Shown: positions 61,401 through 64,000 of the stretch, piece by piece
Numbering within the stretch: the stretch's first letter is position 1
Layout of the letters: every line of letters begins with the position of its first letter
Assembly: GCA_040387495.1 (NCBI GenBank)
Contig: JAZKDQ010000014.1
Location: 9,752 to 73,751, forward strand
Direction of reading: 5' to 3'
Source of the DNA: Pseudomonadota bacterium
GTDB taxonomy: Bacteria; Pseudomonadota; Alphaproteobacteria; Paracaedibacterales; CAIOTO01
DNA: 64,000 nucleotides
Translations under genes and position numbers: made by a program
The notes under the pieces: generated by a model
Seen by the model: only the letters and a program-made list of their open reading frames with translations
What the model was told of the DNA's origin: nothing
The model's database searches: none

Positions 61401-63185
61401 AACTTTGCTACCCTTATCAAGATGTTTCGTACGTCGGTGATAATTAGCCTCAATAACACTTGCCTTTCTATTGACGAGCCTCTTACCTTCATAACCCAGT
61501 TCATCCACATCAATTTTATTGTGGTTGGTAAGCTCGCCATCAAACGTTGTTTTGCCGGTTTCACTGCGAACTTTCGCATGATTATCAATGGTTGGTGCCG
61601 TGAATGTTGAGCCCTGCTCAAGATCAATGCGTCCTCGCAGCACAAGTGGATCTGTGATTATAAGTTCAATCGGTTTAATCGCATAAAAGTAGGACGTATC
61701 TGTGGTTAAAAAAGTTTTTCCCTGATATTTAAAATCATCGGATAAGCGCAACTTGCCTGTATTCGAAAACTGAATACCTGTGAGCGCTGTTTTACCCTTT
61801 GTGATAAAGCCACCTGTGTTTGTTACGTGACCAATGCGACCGTTCAGAGTGCCATTAAATATTAATGTTCCTTGGTTATCAATAGCCTCACTATCCATCG
61901 TAGCAGCTTCGTCTATTACAAACTCCGCACCATCAGCATTGTGAACATTCCTTGCGTGATGATCCCATGTCTTTACATGAACATCACCCTCATTCCTGAA
62001 AAGCTGACCTTCACTGCTTAAATGTCTGACTGTTATGGCGCCATTACCCTCATTGGTAAAAGAACCACGTGTTGTAAGAGCTAAAACAGGTGAGGTAATA
62101 TTTCCTCGGTTAACGGCAATCTGATCACTTCCCCCAACGGTTAAGTGACCACTTCCACGAATAACGCCAGATTCACCATTAACGAACGCTTGAACAACAA
62201 CATCATTAAAACCACCCTTTGCGTCAACTGTTCCTGTGTTGAGCAATGCTTTAAATGTTCCCTCCATCCCTGCGGTACTTTTTAAAATACCTGTGTTGAT
62301 GAGTATACCGTCTTGAATAGATGCATCATCCAGCGTCATCGTTCCGTTGTTTTCGACTCTACCATGAAAGGAAAAGCTTGTTTTTCCGTGTGTTGTGAAC
62401 TGTCCATCATTTTGAATCATGCAGGCGCCCGTGATGCTTAAATCCTGTCCTTCAAAGTGCCCTTCACGTGTATTTACAAACAGCTGAAGGGGCGCCGCGT
62501 TCCTTTCGGCATATCCAATGTCATCAAATAAAAGCTCAGAGACCGACATAAAACCACTGTTAATTAACTTACCTGCGACTTTCGTTGTTAACGAGCGAGC
62601 CTTCAGATTCCCATGTTGCACAACATCCTTTGTATCAAGGCTAAGTGTGTCAAAATCTAAGTTGCCTTCAAGAAAAATAGCCCCATGAGGATTGGAAAGT
62701 TTTAAATTACGTGAAAGCTCAAGTCCTGCTGTATTGGCAGAGACAGACATATGACCCGAATTATGCATATGATAGTTGTAGCCATGCGCTGTCCATTTGA
62801 TGCCGTCTTCACTAATTTTGATCCCTTCGTAAATGGATCCTTTGTATATATGATCAAGTGATTCTTGTGTTTTATCGAGTGATTCTTCGAATGGAATAAA
62901 CAAATCCGTTGTTTGCTGCAACATATCAGCATAGATATCAAGCTGTTTGCCATCACTCAAAGGATCAGGATGCGTAGCATCTGCTGCAGAATCAAAGCTC
63001 TGAATACCAATATTTAAGCGAATTGTTTTTAAAGCGCCCGCTTCTCTTTCAAGAGAAGCATGTTCAGGGATTACACGTTCAAACTCTGCAAACGCAATCG
63101 TTTGAAATAACGTTGTGCAAAGAAAGCAGGTCAGTACGAAGGAACTAAACAAACGACGAATAAATGGGAAAATAACAGCGCACAT
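55404..63185 (-). CDS. CdiA/filamentous-hemagglutinin-like polymorphic toxin with DUF637-like region and C-terminal RNase-like domain
   Basis: Signal peptide, N.G beta-helix repeats, DUF637-like ALIAIAVGAVTFG...SLANNG, VENN-like LDHN, C-terminal YTQHAVDRMQP..GRS.PPS.IEEVI..G. Confidence 0.85.
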   Translation of the reverse strand: MCAVIFPFIRRLFSSFVLTCFLCTTLFQTIAFAEFERVIPEHASLEREAGALKTIRLNIGIQSFDSAADATHPDPLSDGKQLDIYADMLQQTTDLFIPFEESLDKTQESLDHIYKGSIYEGIKISEDGIKWTAHGYNYHMHNSGHMSVSANTAGLELSRNLKLSNPHGAIFLEGNLDFDTLSLDTKDVVQHGNLKARSLTTKVAGKLINSGFMSVSELLFDDIGYAERNAAPLQLFVNTREGHFEGQDLSITGACMIQNDGQFTTHGKTSFSFHGRVENNGTMTLDDASIQDGILINTGILKSTAGMEGTFKALLNTGTVDAKGGFNDVVVQAFVNGESGVIRGSGHLTVGGSDQIAVNRGNITSPVLALTTRGSFTNEGNGAITVRHLSSEGQLFRNEGDVHVKTWDHHARNVHNADGAEFVIDEAATMDSEAIDNQGTLIFNGTLNGRIGHVTNTGGFITKGKTALTGIQFSNTGKLRLSDDFKYQGKTFLTTDTSYFYAIKPIELIITDPLVLRGRIDLEQGSTFTAPTIDNHAKVRSETGKTTFDGELTNHNKIDVDELGYEGKRLVNRKASVIEANYHRRTKHLDKGSKVHSWLALLQNDGDMTLRKGGFSIATVKNQGNLSLLDGDYTVLTRWDNLDGIAHIDQLYIAPNNLTLEGKLDVTHFKGTYGSYKTMFIKGPTTIRSGKFETESLTNEHNLILGKGKYEIGKLKINEGRKLVLLDQAHVIIAADIDNVGDIHSLHNLAIKFKRSLSSDATAQVSPITAAATLNVTTNSVDKASATHVSQPTITSIDQLRKSNVDTKRQATDEEKKHFLQIVMEHQITTHIENQRIGKKPTIFLSQFPTYPKGDALFGHFEVLRLAEKMAHELVEYIGEYDYESINEALSPVSEDFVAFYGHCKVRFDTFSSWFKEVFNKNKAKFPLASNSLLKNDALEGSSLTIVYDSNYATPLSKISQLGMIKTKKNFILTLPGRNVAPFLQQYHSNFHAAGKLLIYGKSFIPAADLKLGQHIEMHVDDYKNDCYFAAFSALDLFAKTFRNGKSNDEMGSLKTLEPEHIEGQRRPPVPAHKYHMNVTVEGDVDNRYGYVHSCGKTNIISSKGNIKWGDSVLIPKNTKKYRHFSYNTGPQFCSYGPGTEDHIYGDRTGNVWKNVDGYESNRSGFSSNDVLTILSKTGDILGNYGSLYSGSSLYLILEKTGQQIHLRSTQINLSGSIYFKGSTLKYDRYLPSSFKFGHSGGWYGMWNEINISPIAYLQCIGDVHFDVDDVSIAGNNLNVLGSVFKNHHSMTTEAEITTRLTIKPGECRGGGTCNGQSHEGIHHEVSHTFGGQIFIGKDFLTDLQKELINHGFLSARTIDAATNILNLGGGNTQRGPSHMSGFLLPNGILTTAASYKTQLIGGIANETDEGFVVPREKISNRHAIVKPKDALILGQSERGFKPGVPFYIHPAFERFAFMNMHGGATGRMYDPYTADHRGDLANVLVRRTQNFFPHQDTITLSDLDNVTKSILLWQLIPEQWILDKRIRPHYLMREYIPYTEILKNIGPGFYGQNVTLNANETYIDEGVIVQEAPLEDITDPEEEHILTARAARDDDPDKDVDLSAPKTKVRKPKAKKEAGSATLNFGSLDARGAKFISDGRLNLTNEKGGFLGSKTKRMSIDGGFQDVIERFSMRSKGPITVKAQHDLYLQAIEAHSDTSILFETTGNIFDIPLMLEGARTTVEHNRRSTKIIEEHWSHAATSNYTCKGAVVFKADGRIDTYATKVRAKLLQLLAGEGVRIHDVQNSYSCATKEHTKGKSSCGGLFGGKDSEIYSSCQRINSVGMDAGDTPVEIILGQRGSVDITGANIKDLVIDPKGGTITFHLSKSYESFQRSEKSEGMWYKSQSMHMSEHQTGTQSRIGNLKVITTKDAPVTLLIEEVRGRTAEFLKRIEMDHGQVTQLFWDEVHNEVNQKAGGITAACGALIAIAVGAVTFGTGAAASVGGSMATTFGFAAEGIASTAFAAGFTSVCTSAALSLANNGFDPQKSAKAFASTETLQSVGMSMLLAGMTHGILEHFELATDVSTLTTLEGQAANQGVNMAVKMSTDLAFTRRTDGVAATLGAVAGTIGGYVSTKIGTWYKGSEGAAVDAISHKLLHALKGAGEGIIVGSAKGMNADMLGKAVAGAAGALIAETTADIFTPTGGIGDKGYDRTRIRQTQAAARIVTGAIAFAVGMSADDIGMAIFSANTSLDHNFGASAANHIGVKTDTKDEIVDESALKSDAEANGISPEEQALVRTKLQHLSNESLGKTPTAAELITEMPSSPEALEATQKSVIKGYVQKIAGANENIHQILREHPWAEKTLTSSVHLFGDCVRAMLYIDMAVLGAAGGTGLCAASGIKNIAGLRTCALLGGATSLAATALMVEPSIEALLTEGVRQLGNISADHLGDTAQEKAAIRQLIGDGANLAGLLAGANYLKVRGANLPTFGGVAGGVLEAEVGIANREGLLWESWTNYPKTSIGETQYAQIGNRLYTQHAVDRMQPSGLGAPAGSIGAGRSFPPSLIEEVIMSGSKTTVSFNGVERVVHSLGTAEVVTEFNSKIVVTVNPFRGK

Positions 63186-63348
63186 AATAAAATACTCCGC
63201 GGAGTGTTGGCTATTATTAACCCAGTAAAGAGTTGTTATGATTTTGTCAACTTTTTTATATTTAAAATTTTAAATAAATAAAATAAAAACCCATCATTTT
63301 TGATAGGTGTTTTATGTAATAAAAAAAATAACAGATTAGATGTGCATT

Positions 63349-64000
63349 CTACTCAATCAGAACATTTTCAATAATATCTTCAATATCGATTGATTCTTTA
63401 TCACTATAAAAGACAAAGTGACCTGTGAAATGTATGTGGCACCATGCGACGGGCGATGATTTCTTTAGGAATTTCAACATTTTTTTGCTCTTGGGACTCC
63501 TCTCAAGCAAGCTTGATTGAATCGAAGCATTGTAATAGATAATTGCATTGGCAATTAAGCGCCCACATTCATTACTAATTTCCATTTCAAGATCAGTTTG
63601 TCCGAGCAAAGCCTTTCGGCCTGTAACTTTTGCAATGGCAGCTCTTAATCCATGGTAGGATTCAATACGATTTTGCGAGCGCTGTACATTCTCGAGTATG
63701 GTTGGATCGAGGATACATTTAAGGGTGTAAATACTTCGAATAAGTTTGTCGTATTCAAAAACGGCATTAAGCGTAGCGTTGTTTTGTGGCAGAGCGCACA
63801 ATTTTTGGATGAGCACGCTTTGGCTTATTTCTTTGAGTGAAAGAGTTGCTATGATGTGGTCAATATTTTCTTTTTCATCCAAAATCAATTGTTTATCAAT
63901 TGCCTTGGTTGGTTTTAGCCAAAATGAATTGTAGGTTGAGGTGTCGTTTGCACCACAGACTTTTTTAAGTTCACTTTTAAGATTTGCAAAACGCGGTCTG
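63349..64000 (-). mobile_element. tnpA: Tn3-family transposase, C-terminal part (continues beyond window)
   Basis: Frame open to the window edge (RPRFANL...); QNRIESYH.LR.AIA, RLIANAIIYYN, SPVAW.HIHF.G. Confidence 0.93.

Overview
AT-rich (intergenic) alphaproteobacterial DNA whose gene content and style suggest a Holosporales/Rickettsiales-like endosymbiont of protists; this taxonomy is inference. A housekeeping backbone (rplY, groESL with CIRCE, can, split ABC exporter + HlyD, pyk, tyrS, def, ftsZ, dedA, M23 peptidase, rne, murU-amgK, tsaE, azlCD, era) is repeatedly interrupted by low-GC orphan genes that have Sec-type signal peptides and eukaryote-like motifs. These include ankyrin, two F-box/LRR proteins, a 1759-aa low-complexity protein with NLS-like patches and tandem HTH repeats, tandem WH2-like actin-binding proteins behind an outer-membrane barrel, an RVxF-motif protein and a possible ADP-ribosyltransferase. 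The strongest structural signal is that cargo blocks are bracketed by diverged duplicates of the END of the flanking core gene, with no integrase nearby: the ABC permease 5' end occurs three times, and the tsaE 3' end recurs about 6 kb downstream. The tsaE-amgK island also contains an array of genes that share promoter, leader and signal peptide but have unrelated bodies. Several cargo genes carry single frameshift or nonsense lesions. The window ends in a CdiA-like polymorphic toxin/immunity pair next to a Tn3-family transposase. I found no rRNA, tRNA or CRISPR array. All family assignments are by eye; no searches were run.
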